From: an uncultured Gemmataceae bacterium | Lineage (GTDB): Bacteria > Planctomycetota > Planctomycetia > Gemmatales > Gemmataceae | DNA length: 64,000 nt | Reading direction: 5' to 3' | Assembly: GCA_963750165.1 (NCBI GenBank) | Contig: CAVVPN010000001.1 | Span: 439,963-503,962, forward strand | Shown: positions 32,258 to 41,829 of the stretch, piece after piece | How positions within the stretch are numbered: the stretch's first letter is position 1 | How the letters are laid out: every line of letters begins with the position of its first letter | The notes under the pieces: model-generated | Databases searched by the model: none | Seen by the model: the letters and a program-made list of their open reading frames with translations, nothing else | What the model was told of the DNA's origin: nothing | Made by a program: the position numbers and the translations under genes

Positions 32258-32719
32258 ATGATAGTCCTGTTTCTCCACGGCTGGCAGTCGGTCCCTGGTG
32301 GCGTCAAACCGACGTTCCTGGGGGCGCACGGCCACGAGGTCGTCAAACCGAAGCTGCCGGATGAAGACTTCAACGAGGCGGTCAGGATCGCCCAGTCCGA
32401 GTTCGACAAACACCAGCCGCAGGTGGTTGTCGGATCGTCGAGGGGCGGTGCCGTGGCGATGAACATCAACAGCGGCGAGGCGAAACTCGTCCTGCTCTGC
32501 CCGGCCTGGAAGAAATGGGGGACGGCCAGAACGGTCAAACCCGGCACGGTGATCCTGCACAGCCGGGCGGACGCCGTAGTTCCCTTCGCTGACTCCGAAG
32601 AACTGGTCAGGAACAGTGGGCTGCCAGCCTCGGCGCTGGTCGAGGTCGGCGACGATCACCGGCTCGCCGACCCGGAGCCACTTGCGGCGATGGTGAAGGC
32701 GTGCGTTGGAGAGGAGTAG
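32258..32719 (+). CDS. Alpha/beta hydrolase
   Basis: [25 protein letters not shown]. Confidence 0.88.
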   Translation: MIVLFLHGWQSVPGGVKPTFLGAHGHEVVKPKLPDEDFNEAVRIAQSEFDKHQPQVVVGSSRGGAVAMNINSGEAKLVLLCPAWKKWGTARTVKPGTVILHSRADAVVPFADSEELVRNSGLPASALVEVGDDHRLADPEPLAAMVKACVGEE

Positions 32720-32763
32720 CAGAACTCTCCAAACAAGAACGTGACGAACGAAAGGCCATCCTG

Positions 32764-33201
32764 ATGTCTCGGAAAAAGGTGTCTCGCAACGATCCTTGTC
32801 CTTGTGGGAGCGGCAAGAAGTACAAGCATTGCTGCTACGGCAAGGGCGTCGAGGATGACCTGGGCCTGCGGTCGGGACGGCAGCAGCCGCAGTACCCCAT
32901 CGGCACGGTGGCGATGTACGGCCCCGACGACAAGACCACCACCAAGATCGCCGCTGCGGTGATCCTCCATGACGGTGCCGAGGCGATCATGCAGCGGTGG
33001 GTGGCGACGGACGTGACGACCAACCCGAAAGTGCAGCAGGAGTTGAAGGACTTCTTCCTCCAGCACGGGGTCAAGCAGGTGGCGATGAGCCAGGGGAACA
33101 TGGGCTGCCCGCATGAGGAGGGCGAGGACTTTCCCCACGGCGAGGATTGCCCGGTTTGCCCCTTCTGGAAGGGCAAACAGGGTAGCAACAGAAAGGATTG
33201 A
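32764..33201 (+). CDS. SEC-C motif protein
   Basis: [18 protein letters not shown]-terminal GCPHEEG...CPVCPFW. Confidence 0.85.
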   Translation: MSRKKVSRNDPCPCGSGKKYKHCCYGKGVEDDLGLRSGRQQPQYPIGTVAMYGPDDKTTTKIAAAVILHDGAEAIMQRWVATDVTTNPKVQQELKDFFLQHGVKQVAMSQGNMGCPHEEGEDFPHGEDCPVCPFWKGKQGSNRKD

Positions 33202-33204
33202 CCA

Positions 33205-33618
33205 ATGGCAAAACAACGAAAAGCCTGGACGTTTAACCCTGGCAAGAAGCCCAAGACGGCCTTGCCCGGCACGCTCAAGGACGAAGTGGACAACAAGGCC
33301 AGGGAACTGATCGAAACGGTCCTCAAGCCCAAGCACGTCCAACCGTCGCCCACGGGCCACCAGTTGAACTACGTCACCGACATCACGACCAAGTGGCTCG
33401 GATCGAAGTGCTACTTCGTTTCGATCTACGCCTGCCCTGGCCCGAACGCCATCGCCCCCACTTTCGAGACGAAGTTCGCCCGCCTGGAGTGCGTCGGCAA
33501 CGCCAAGTTCGCCCTGTCGTTCATGCGCCACACCGGCCAGTGGGTCGAACTGTACGATGGCCTTTCCTTGGATGAGTGCCTGAAGGCGATTCAGGATGAT
33601 CCCTGGTTCGTGCCGTGA
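33205..33618 (+). CDS. Hypothetical protein (DUF3024-like)
   Basis: KFARLE...FMRHTGQWVELY; operon spacing. Confidence 0.75.
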   Translation: MAKQRKAWTFNPGKKPKTALPGTLKDEVDNKARELIETVLKPKHVQPSPTGHQLNYVTDITTKWLGSKCYFVSIYACPGPNAIAPTFETKFARLECVGNAKFALSFMRHTGQWVELYDGLSLDECLKAIQDDPWFVP

Positions 33619-33667
33619 GTGTCTGACAGAACTGAGCCGGTCAACCAACAAACGATGGAGCTTTCAC

Positions 33668-33994
33668 ATGAGCGTACCTGACGAAGTGCGGCGTGACGCT
33701 GAGAAGACGGGTGAGCTTGTCCGCAAGAAGCTAATGGAAATGATGGATTTGCAGGCCGACATCGACGCCCTGTTGCGAGACAAGCATCCCACACCGTTCG
33801 GGTCGAAGAGCTGGCAGTACGCCGACATCGAATCCTTGCAGCGGCTTGTGGCGATGACGGCGATCCAGTTCATCCTTTTCGAGCCAGTGGAGAGGGTAAA
33901 GGGCAACGAGGAAGTCAATCTTGCTGCGGGAAAGTTGGTGTCGCTGCTTTCGGAGCAATTGAAAACGCTCAAGACGAAGAAATCCGATTGGTGA
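33668..33994 (+). CDS. Hypothetical protein
   Basis: GGAG RBS before ATG 33668; collinear with neighbours. Confidence 0.55.
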   Translation: MSVPDEVRRDAEKTGELVRKKLMEMMDLQADIDALLRDKHPTPFGSKSWQYADIESLQRLVAMTAIQFILFEPVERVKGNEEVNLAAGKLVSLLSEQLKTLKTKKSDW

Positions 33995-34188
33995 AGTCTA
34001 TGGACCAGATGACCGTCGAGAAGCTGGAAGTGAAGATCGAGGAAGCCTTCGCCGAGATCATCGTGAAGATGGGCCTCAAGAAGCTGCCGCTCCTGCCGGC
34101 CCGCCATACCATGCACGTGATGGCGAAGGCTGCCGTGACGGTCTACGAGGCGGCGGTGGAGAATCAGCGACGAGAGGAAGACCAATGA
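33988..34188 (+). CDS. Small hypothetical protein
   Basis: 66-aa ORF overlapping both neighbours; start uncertain. Confidence 0.6.
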   Translation: MVKSMDQMTVEKLEVKIEEAFAEIIVKMGLKKLPLLPARHTMHVMAKAAVTVYEAAVENQRREEDQ

Positions 34189-34670
34189 GCATGGCGCATC
34201 AACCAACCCTGCGACAACTCGGCGAAGGCCGCACCGTTGCCGTCGTCGGCGATGTGTACCGCTTCCTGGCGACCGGCGAGGACACGAACGGCAAGTACGC
34301 CGTGTGGGAAGCCATCGTACCTCCGGGCGGCGGTCCACCCCCACACGTCCACAGCCGGGAGGAAGAGGGGTTCTACATCCTCGAAGGCGAGATCACACTC
34401 CAGGTCGGCGACAAGCGCCTCGTGGCGAGCGCCGGGATGTTCGCCAACATGCCGGTCGGAACGCCTCACTCCTTCAAGAACGAGAGCGGCAAACCGGCCA
34501 AAATGCTCATTTCTGTAGCGCCTGCGGGGCTGGACAAGATGTTCTTCGAGTTCGGCGTGCCGCTGCCCGAAGGTTCAACGACGGCCCTGCCGCCCACGAA
34601 AGAGGAAATCGAGAAACTGCTGGCAGTCGCACCGAGGTACGGGATCGAGATCAGGCTGCCGCAGTCATGA
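34185..34670 (+). CDS. Cupin domain protein
   Basis: PPGGGPPPHVHSREEEGFYILEG...PHSFKN. Confidence 0.9.
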   Translation: MSMAHQPTLRQLGEGRTVAVVGDVYRFLATGEDTNGKYAVWEAIVPPGGGPPPHVHSREEEGFYILEGEITLQVGDKRLVASAGMFANMPVGTPHSFKNESGKPAKMLISVAPAGLDKMFFEFGVPLPEGSTTALPPTKEEIEKLLAVAPRYGIEIRLPQS

Positions 34671-35081
34671 GCCTGCTCGGTGAACGGGCCGGGCGAGAAA
34701 GTAAACCAACGCCCCAACAGGCACGGCCCCTGGCCCCTCCAAGGCCGTCCACCACCAGGGCATCCCCGCTGCCAGATCGACGCCCGTGAAGACAATGCCG
34801 AGCAGTGCGAGGCACACACCAAAGAACCGCACCAGAGGACGGTAGCGATCCAGATCAGACGCCATCACCAGGCAAAGAGCGCCGAACAAGGCATAGAAGG
34901 CCGAGAGGGAGCGGGCCAGGTACTCCACAATGGGGCCGGTTGGCATCTCGCCCAGCCCCAGCCAGCGATGCGTAGCGGCCATCCACGACCACGGCATAAC
35001 CACGGGGACCAGGGCGAACAGGCTGCCGATGCCCAGGAGATAGCGAAAGAGGATCACCAACGCCTTGTCGGATTTCGTCAT
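34665..35081 (-). CDS. Membrane protein
   Basis: About 4 TM segments. Confidence 0.75.
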   Translation of the reverse strand: MTKSDKALVILFRYLLGIGSLFALVPVVMPWSWMAATHRWLGLGEMPTGPIVEYLARSLSAFYALFGALCLVMASDLDRYRPLVRFFGVCLALLGIVFTGVDLAAGMPWWWTALEGPGAVPVGALVYFLARPVHRAGS

Positions 35082-35182
35082 CGCCCGTTACTCCTGGCCG
35101 TCTTCAAGCTGCGTCCTCGGTCTGCCCACACCGCTAGAATATTGGCTGGTTGACCGACGAAAAATGTCGATGAGAGTCATCA

Positions 35183-35518
35183 ATGGCCTTCAGCGAAGCC
35201 CCGGCCGGGCGCATCCGGCAACGCCTGGCCCGGCGCAAGAACGTCGAGGAGAAGAAGATGTTCGGCGGCGTCGGCTTCCTGCTCAACGGCAACCTGCTCG
35301 TGGGCGTGTGGAAGGACTCCCTCTGCGTGCGGCTTGGCCAGGACCAGGCTGAGGAGGCGCTACCTGAGCCGCACGTCAAGGAGTTTGACATCACCGGCAG
35401 GCCGATGAAGGGCTGGGTGCTGGTCGAGGCGGAAGGCGTCGAGGACGATGACCAGTTGAAGGGCTGGATTCAGCGGGCCGTGAAGTTCATGACGGCGTTG
35501 CCGGCGAAGGAGAAGTAA
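35183..35518 (+). CDS. TfoX N-terminal domain protein
   Basis: EKKMFGGVGFLLNG...PMKGWV. Confidence 0.88.
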   Translation: MAFSEAPAGRIRQRLARRKNVEEKKMFGGVGFLLNGNLLVGVWKDSLCVRLGQDQAEEALPEPHVKEFDITGRPMKGWVLVEAEGVEDDDQLKGWIQRAVKFMTALPAKEK

Positions 35519-35548
35519 TCGTGCGTCGTCGGCATACGGAGGGAAGCG

Positions 35549-35836
35549 ATGCTCTTCATGGTGATCGAGAGGTTCCGGGATCACGACGGGGCAGCCGTCT
35601 ACCGGCGCTTTCGGGAGAAAGGACGCCTGTTGCCCGAAGGGTTGAAGTACGTCGATAGTTGGGTGGAAGTGAGCGGCAACCGCTGTTTCCAGTTGATGGA
35701 GTGCGACGATGAGCAGTTGTTTCAGCAGTGGGTCGCCCGTTGGAATGACCTGGTGGACTTCGAGATCGTCCCTGTTTGTACCTCCAGGGAGGCAGCAGCC
35801 GGCCACGAAAAGGGAACCCAGGGAGGCGGTGGTTGA
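35549..35836 (+). CDS. DUF3303-like protein
   Basis: MLFMVIERF...WNDLVDFEIVPV. Confidence 0.85.
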   Translation: MLFMVIERFRDHDGAAVYRRFREKGRLLPEGLKYVDSWVEVSGNRCFQLMECDDEQLFQQWVARWNDLVDFEIVPVCTSREAAAGHEKGTQGGGG

Positions 35837-35943
35837 GTTCCAGAACGTCGTGCCGGCCAAGCAGGAATCTGGTGATACCACCACCGGCGTCCGCTTCAAG
35901 CCGTCACCCGATTCAACAAAGGGTCGCAACTGAGGAACGAAGC

Positions 35944-36421
35944 ATGAGCCGCAATCCCATCATCAACACCCGGCCCCAAGGCCGCACCATCGCCGTCGTC
36001 GGTGACGTGTACCGATTCCTGGCGACCGGCGACGACACCAACGGCAAGTACGCCCTGTTTGAAGCGCTCGTGGGGCCGGGCGGCGCCACCCCCGCACGTC
36101 CACAGCCGGGAGGAGGAAGGGTTCTACATCCTCGAAGGCGAGATCACGTTCACGATCAACGGCGAGCGGGTCGTGGCGACGGCGGGGATGTTCGCCAACA
36201 TGCCGGTCGGCACCCCGCATAGCTTCAAGAATGAAAGCAACAAACCGGCGAAGATGCTGATCTCGGTCGCACCGGCTGGCCTGGAGAAGATGTTCATGGA
36301 GGTCGGTGTCCCGCTTGCCGAAGGAGCGACTACGGCGTTTCCTCCGACCAAGGAAGAGATCGAGAAATTGCTGGCGATTGCGCCGAGCTACGGCATCGAG
36401 ATCAGGCTACCCGGACATTGA
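35944..36421 (+). CDS. Cupin domain protein (frameshift ~36085), paralog of 34185..34670
   Basis: Near-identical HVHSREEEGFYILEG...GIEIRLP. Confidence 0.88.
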
Positions 36422-36435
36422 GAGAGGACACGACC

Positions 36436-36753
36436 ATGACCACCGCCTACACCCACATCCTTGATCTCGCCAAGGAAGCCGAGCCGCCTGCGGACGGCAT
36501 CTTGAGCCGCACCGTCTTCCAGGACGAGCGGATCAAGGCCGTGGTCTTCGGCTTCGGCCAGGGCCAGGAGCTTTCCGAACACACGGCGGCGAAGCCGGCC
36601 ATGCTGTACTTCGTGAAGGGCGAGGCCGGCGTCGGCCTGGGCGAGGACGTGCAGGAGGCTCAGGCCGGCACCTGGGTCCACATGCCCGCCAACCTGAAGC
36701 ACTCGATCAAGGCGAAGACGCCGGTGGTCATGCTGCTGGTGTTGTTGAAATGA
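36436..36753 (+). CDS. Cupin domain protein
   Basis: FGQGQELSEHTA...HMPANLKHSIKA. Confidence 0.88.
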   Translation: MTTAYTHILDLAKEAEPPADGILSRTVFQDERIKAVVFGFGQGQELSEHTAAKPAMLYFVKGEAGVGLGEDVQEAQAGTWVHMPANLKHSIKAKTPVVMLLVLLK

Positions 36754-36766
36754 GGTTCATCCCGAA

Positions 36767-37160
36767 ATGGCAAAGGCACAGAACATCGACGGCTACAACT
36801 CACAGTTCCCCGCTGACGTTCAGGCCGTTCTTCAGGAAGTACGGGAAACGATCCGCCAGGTTGCCCCCGAAGCGAAGGAAACCATCAGTTACCAGATGCC
36901 CGCCTTCAGGCAGCACGGGATTCTGGTCTACTTCGCGGCGTGGAAGCAGCACATCGGGATGTACCCGCCGATCTCTGGAGACAAAGCTCTGGAGACAGCC
37001 CTCGCACGGTATGCTGGGCCGAAGGGCAATCTCCAGTTTCCACTCGACGAGCCGATGCCCCCTCGACCTGATCGAGCGCATCGTAAAGCTGCGAGTCAAG
37101 CAGGACTCAGCGAAAGCGGCGGCACGGGGCAGGAAGCGGCAGGTCGGCCAGAAAGACTGA
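36767..37160 (+). CDS. DUF1801/YdhG-like protein (frameshift ~37060)
   Basis: PEAKETISYQMPAF...KGNLQFPLDEP / LDLIERIVK. Confidence 0.85.
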
Positions 37161-37188
37161 TTGACAAGTCGGGAGGTTCCGATATAAT
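37161..37188 (+). promoter_or_regulatory. Consensus sigma70 promoter for ArsR operon
   Basis: TTGACA-N16-TATAAT, ~20 bp upstream of ATG 37208. Confidence 0.7.
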
Positions 37189-37207
37189 TGAGTATCGGAG
37201 GCACACG

Positions 37208-37531
37208 ATGACCACCAAGACGAAATCGCCGCTACCCGCCCTCACCGACCTGGAGGCTCTGGAACAGGCGGCGGAATGCCTCAAGACGCTGGCCCACCCG
37301 CACCGCCTGCGCATGGTCCAGATGCTCCTGCGGGGCCGCTACACGGTCGGCGAACTGGCCGAGGCGTGCGGCATCCCCAGCCACATGGCCTCCGAACACC
37401 TGCGCCTCATGCAGCGCTGCGGCTTCCTGACCAGCGAGAAGGACGGGCGTAACGTGTACTACCAGATCGCCGAACCCCACCTGGCGAACATCATGGCCTG
37501 CATCGAGGCCCGGTTCGACTGCAAGCGGTGA
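37208..37531 (+). CDS. ArsR/SmtB-family regulator (BigR/SqrR-like two-Cys pattern)
   Basis: AAECLKTLAHPHRL...SEHLRLM...IMACIEARF. Confidence 0.9.
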   Translation: MTTKTKSPLPALTDLEALEQAAECLKTLAHPHRLRMVQMLLRGRYTVGELAEACGIPSHMASEHLRLMQRCGFLTSEKDGRNVYYQIAEPHLANIMACIEARFDCKR

Positions 37532-37537
37532 TTTTTT

Positions 37538-39315
37538 CTAGGACAGCAAAGCCGGCTAGACAGCTAACCTGGGTTTGGGTTACGCTTTAGCGCCCCAACC
37601 CGGCTTTGATACGTAATGTAATTTCGTCCCGCGGTTGGTCCCGTTCGTCACGGAACGTTACCGAGGCGTACCGCGAAAAACGAGTTGCGTAGCAAAGCCC
37701 CCCAACCCAGGAGCTTGCCATGGCCAGGAAGGCGCCCCGCCCCGAACCCACCTTCACCCAACACCTGGACGCCTTGTACCAGGACTGCCCCGCCTGCCAC
37801 CGACGGATGTGGTCCGACTACCGGAACGACCGCACCGTCGTCACCCTGCTGGGCCTGACACGGCTGGTGCTCCACATCCGCCGCTGCCACACCGCCGACT
37901 GCCCACGCCACCTGCAGCCCTACCGGCCCGAGGCCGAGGGCCGCCACGCCCTGCCCCAGCACGAGTTCGGCCTGGACGTCATCGCCCACCTCGGCGCCCT
38001 CCGCTACGCCGAGCACCGCTCCGTCCCCGAGATCCACCAGCACCTGGTCGCCCGGGGCCTGGCCATCGCCGAGCGGACGGTCACCAACCTCCTGGAGCGC
38101 TACGACGAACTGCTGGCCGTCACCCTGACCGACGCCGGCCGCCTGCGCGGGTTGCTGGCCGCGCAGGGCCGCGTCATCCTGGCCATCGACGGCCTGCAGC
38201 CCGACGTCGGCCACGAGGTGCTCTGGGTGTTGCGCGACTGCCTCTCCGGCACCGTCCTGCTGCGCGCAGCCTGTTGTCCAGCCGGCAGCAGGACCTGGCC
38301 GAACTCATCGGCCAGGTGCGCGACGGCCTGGCGGTGCCGATCACCGGGGTGGTCTCCGACGGCCAGCACTCCATCCGCAAGGCCGTGGCCGAAGCCTTGC
38401 CCGGCGTGCCGCACCAACTCTGCCACTTCCACTACCTCCGCGAAGCCGCCCGGCCCATCTACGAGGCCGACCGCCACGCCAAGAAGGAACTCAAGAAGCG
38501 CGTCCGCGGCGTGCGGCCCCTCGAGCGCCAGGTGGAGGGCCGCACCGACCCCGAGGCCCAGGCCATCCAGGGGTACTGCGACGCGGTCCGCAGTGCCGTG
38601 ACCGACGACGGCCGGCCGCCCCTGGAAGCGTCCGGGCTGAAACTCCACGACCGCCTGAGCGCCGTGGTGGCCAGCCTGGACGGGGTGGCCGAAAAAGGGG
38701 CTCCCGAAAGAACTCGTCCGGCTGAGGCTGCTGCTCGTGGCGGCGTTGGCGGCCACGGCGCCGCTGTGGCCCCCGGTGCGCGTGGCCTTCGCCTGGGTCT
38801 GGCAGGCGGCGCACCTGCTGGGCGAACACGGCCCCGGGGTGGCCCCAGCCGTGCGGCAGCGCCTGGGTGGTCTGCTCGGGGCGATGACCCGCCACCGCGG
38901 GCTGGTCGGGGCGCTGGCGAGCGGGGTCGAGCACTTCGTGAAGGTCACCCGGAGCTACTGGCCGGGGCTGTTCCACTGCTACGCCGTCGCGGACCTACCG
39001 CGGACGAACAACGACCTGGAGCAGTTCTTCGGCAGCCATCGCTACCACGAGCGCCGGGCCAGCGGCCGCACGGGGGCGTCCCCGAGTCTGGTGCTCCGTG
39101 GGGAGGCCCGCGTGTTGGCGGCCGCGGCGACCCGGCAGCACGTCTACACAGCGGAAGAGTTGGCGGAGGCAGACCCGGTCAGGCAGGCGGAACTCCGCCA
39201 ACACCTGGAGTCCCGCCGCCGCCGCCGAGTCAACCGCACACGGTTCCGTCGCAATCCCCGGGCGTTCCTCCAACAGTTGGAGGAAAAACTGCTCCAGCCG
39301 GCTTTGCTGTCCTAG
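37538..39315 (+). mobile_element. Insertion sequence copy 1 (ISNCY-like transposase 37720..39315, frameshifted)
   Basis: Terminal IR CTAGGACAGCAAAGCCGGCT; IDGLQPD, VSDGQ, CHFH, RTNNDLEQFFG; T-run target. Confidence 0.9.
37602..37699. mobile_element. 98-bp MITE (IS5/IS903-like ends) inside IS copy 1
   Basis: IRs GGCTTTGATACGTAA / TTGCGTAGCAAAGCC; 9-bp duplication CCCCAACCC at 37593-37601 and 37700-37708; absent from IS copy 2. Confidence 0.88.
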
Positions 39316-39323
39316 ATTTTTTT

Positions 39324-40997
39324 CTAGGACAGCAAAGTCGGCTGGACAGTTAACCTGGCTTTTGGATACGCTTTAGCGTTCCCAACCCAGGAGCTTGCCA
39401 TGGCCAGGAAGGTGTCCCGTCCCGAACCGACCCACCTCGAGCATTTGCAGGTGCTGTACCAGCATTGCCCCGACTGCCAGCAGCCGATGTGGGCCGACTA
39501 CTGCAACCGCCGGACGGTCGCCACACTCCTGGGCCTGACGCGGCTTGTGCTCCACGTCCGCCGCTGCCACCACGCCGACTGCCCACGCTACCTGCAGCCC
39601 TACCGCCCCGAGGCCGAGGGCCGCCACGCTCTGCCCCAGCACGAGTTCGGCCTGGACGTCATCGCCCAGGTCGGTGCCCTGCGCTACGCCGAACACCGCT
39701 CCGTCCCCGAAATCCACCAGCACCTGGTCGCCCGGGGCCTGGCCATCGCCGAGCGCACCGCCACTAACCTCCTGGAGCGCTACGACGAGTTGCTGGCCGT
39801 CACCCTGACCGACGCCGGCCGCCTGCACGGCCTGCTCGCCGCGCAGGGCCGAGTCCTCCTGGCCATCGACGGCCTGCAGCCCGACGTCGGCCACGAAGTG
39901 CTCTGGGTGTTGCGCGACTGCCTGTCCGGCACCGTCCTGCTGGCCCGCAGCCTGTTGTCCAGCCGGCAGCAGGACCTGGCGGCCCTGCTCGGCCAGGTGC
40001 GCGACGGCCTGGCGGTGCCGATCACGGGCGTGGTCTCCGACGGCCAACACTCCATCCGTAAGGCCGTGGCCGAAGCCTTGCCCGGCGTGCCGCACCAACT
40101 CTGCCACTTCCACTACCTCCGCGAGGCCGCCCGGCCGATCTACGAGGCCGACCGTCATGCCAAGAAGGAACTCAAGAAGCGCGTCCGCGGCGTGCGCCCG
40201 CTCGAACGGCAACTGGAGGGCCGCACCGACCCGGAAGCCCCGGCCATCCAGGGGTACTGCGACGCCGTCCGCAGCGCCGTGACCGACGACGGCCGGCCGC
40301 CCCTGGAAGCCTCCGGTCTGCAACTCCACGACCGCCTGTCCGCCGTGGTGGCCAGCCTGGACGGGGTGGCCGAAAAAAGGGGCTCCCCAAAGAACTCGTC
40401 CGGCTGAGGCAATTGCTGGTGGTGGCGTTGGCGGCGACGGCGCCCCTGTGGCCGCCCGTGCGCGTGGCCTACGCCTGGGTGTGGCAAGTGGCCCCCCTGC
40501 TGGGCGAGCACGGCCCCGGGGTGGCGGTGACGGTGCGCCGACGTTTGGGCGGCCTGCTGGGGGCGATGACGCGGCAGCGCCGGTTGGCAGGGGTGTTGGC
40601 CAGCGGGGTCGAGCACTTCGTGAAGGTCACCCGGAGTTACTGGCCGGGGTTGTTCCACTGCTACGCGGTAGCCGACTTGCCGCGGACCAACAACGACCTG
40701 GAGCAGTTCTTCGGCAGCCATCGCTACCACGAGCGCCGGGCCAGCGGCCGCAAAGGGGCATCCCCGAGTCTGGTGCTCCGTGGGGAGGCCCGCGTGTTGG
40801 CGGCCGCGGCGACCCGGCAGCACGTCTACACAGCGGAAGAGTTGGCGGAGGCAGACCCGGCCAGGCAGGCGGAACTCCGCCAACACCTGGAGTCCCGCCG
40901 CCGCCGCCGAGTCAACCGCACACGGTTCCGTCGCAATCCCCGGGCGTTCCTCCAACAGTTGGAGGAAAAACTGCTCCAGCCGACTTTGCTGTCCTAG
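39324..40997 (+). mobile_element. Insertion sequence copy 2 (ISNCY-like transposase 39400..40997, probable programmed -1 frameshift)
   Basis: Same IRs; slippery GAAAAAAGGGG at 40372-40382 links ORF1 to ORF2; stop codon lies inside the right IR. Confidence 0.92.
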
Positions 40998-41080
40998 TTT
41001 TTCACCCAACGTATCGTAATGTCGGGACATAAACAACTATGAGCCACAACTTCACACCTGCAAAGGGAGGAGGCAGAACG

Positions 41081-41260
41081 ATGGAAGTCCTGATTCCCCT
41101 GGGCGTTCTCCTGGTCTGGAGCATCCTGCAAGCCTGAGTTCTGCCCCGCCTGGGCGTGAAGACCTGAATGAGCGGAACCTGCGAGCCGAGTTCGGCTCCT
41201 CACCGTGTCAAAAGCCAGAACCTCCCAGCCGATTCCGAAGACGAAAGGGGATCGCCATGA
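41081..41260 (+). CDS. Candidate small membrane selenoprotein (UxxxC), with an extra in-frame UGA
   Basis: GGAGGAGG RBS; MEVLIPLGVLLVWSILQA*VLPRLGVKT-U-MSGTCEPS...; SECIS-like hairpin; ATGA overlap with rhodanese gene. Confidence 0.6.
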
Positions 41261-41829
41261 CCATCACGACCATCAGCCCTCAGCAGCTTGCCGAGTTGTG
41301 CAAGAGCGGGAAGATCGACCTCATCGACGTGCGGACGCCGGTAGAGTTCCCAGAGGTCCACGCCACTAACGCCCGCAATCTGACCCTGGACCGGCTCGAC
41401 CCGGCGACGGTGATGCAGGCCCGTAACGGCAACAAAGACGAACCGCTGTACCTCATCTGCCGCTCCGGGAGCCGGGGCCGGCAGGCGTGCGAGAAGTTCC
41501 TGGCGGCGGGCTTCACGAACGTCGTCAACGTCGAGGGCGGCACCCTGGCGTGCGTCAAAGCCGGCCTGCCGGTCGTCCGGGGCAAGAAGGCCATCTCGCT
41601 GGAACGCCAGGTCCGTATTGCGGCGGGGTCGCTCGTGCTGCTGGGCGTGCTGCTCGGCTGGCTCGTTCACCCCGCTCTTTTCGGCCTGTCCGCTTTCATC
41701 GGGGCCGGGCTGGTCTTTGCCGGCGTCACCGACACCTGCGGCATGGGGATGATGCTGGCCCGGATGCCGTGGAACCAGGTCAAGGATGCCTCGACCGGCT
41801 GTTGTGCGACGAAGGAAGTCTGCTCATGA
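41257..41829 (+). CDS. Rhodanese domain protein with DUF2892 (YgaP-like)
   Basis: LIDVRTPVEF, ICRSGSRG, SLERQVRIAAG, TCGMG. Confidence 0.92.
   Translation: MTITTISPQQLAELCKSGKIDLIDVRTPVEFPEVHATNARNLTLDRLDPATVMQARNGNKDEPLYLICRSGSRGRQACEKFLAAGFTNVVNVEGGTLACVKAGLPVVRGKKAISLERQVRIAAGSLVLLGVLLGWLVHPALFGLSAFIGAGLVFAGVTDTCGMGMMLARMPWNQVKDASTGCCATKEVCS

Noticed and set aside
36767..37531. Apparent DUF1801-ArsR fusion ORF
   Set aside because: Caused by a frameshift at ~37060; ArsR has its own promoter, RBS and ATG
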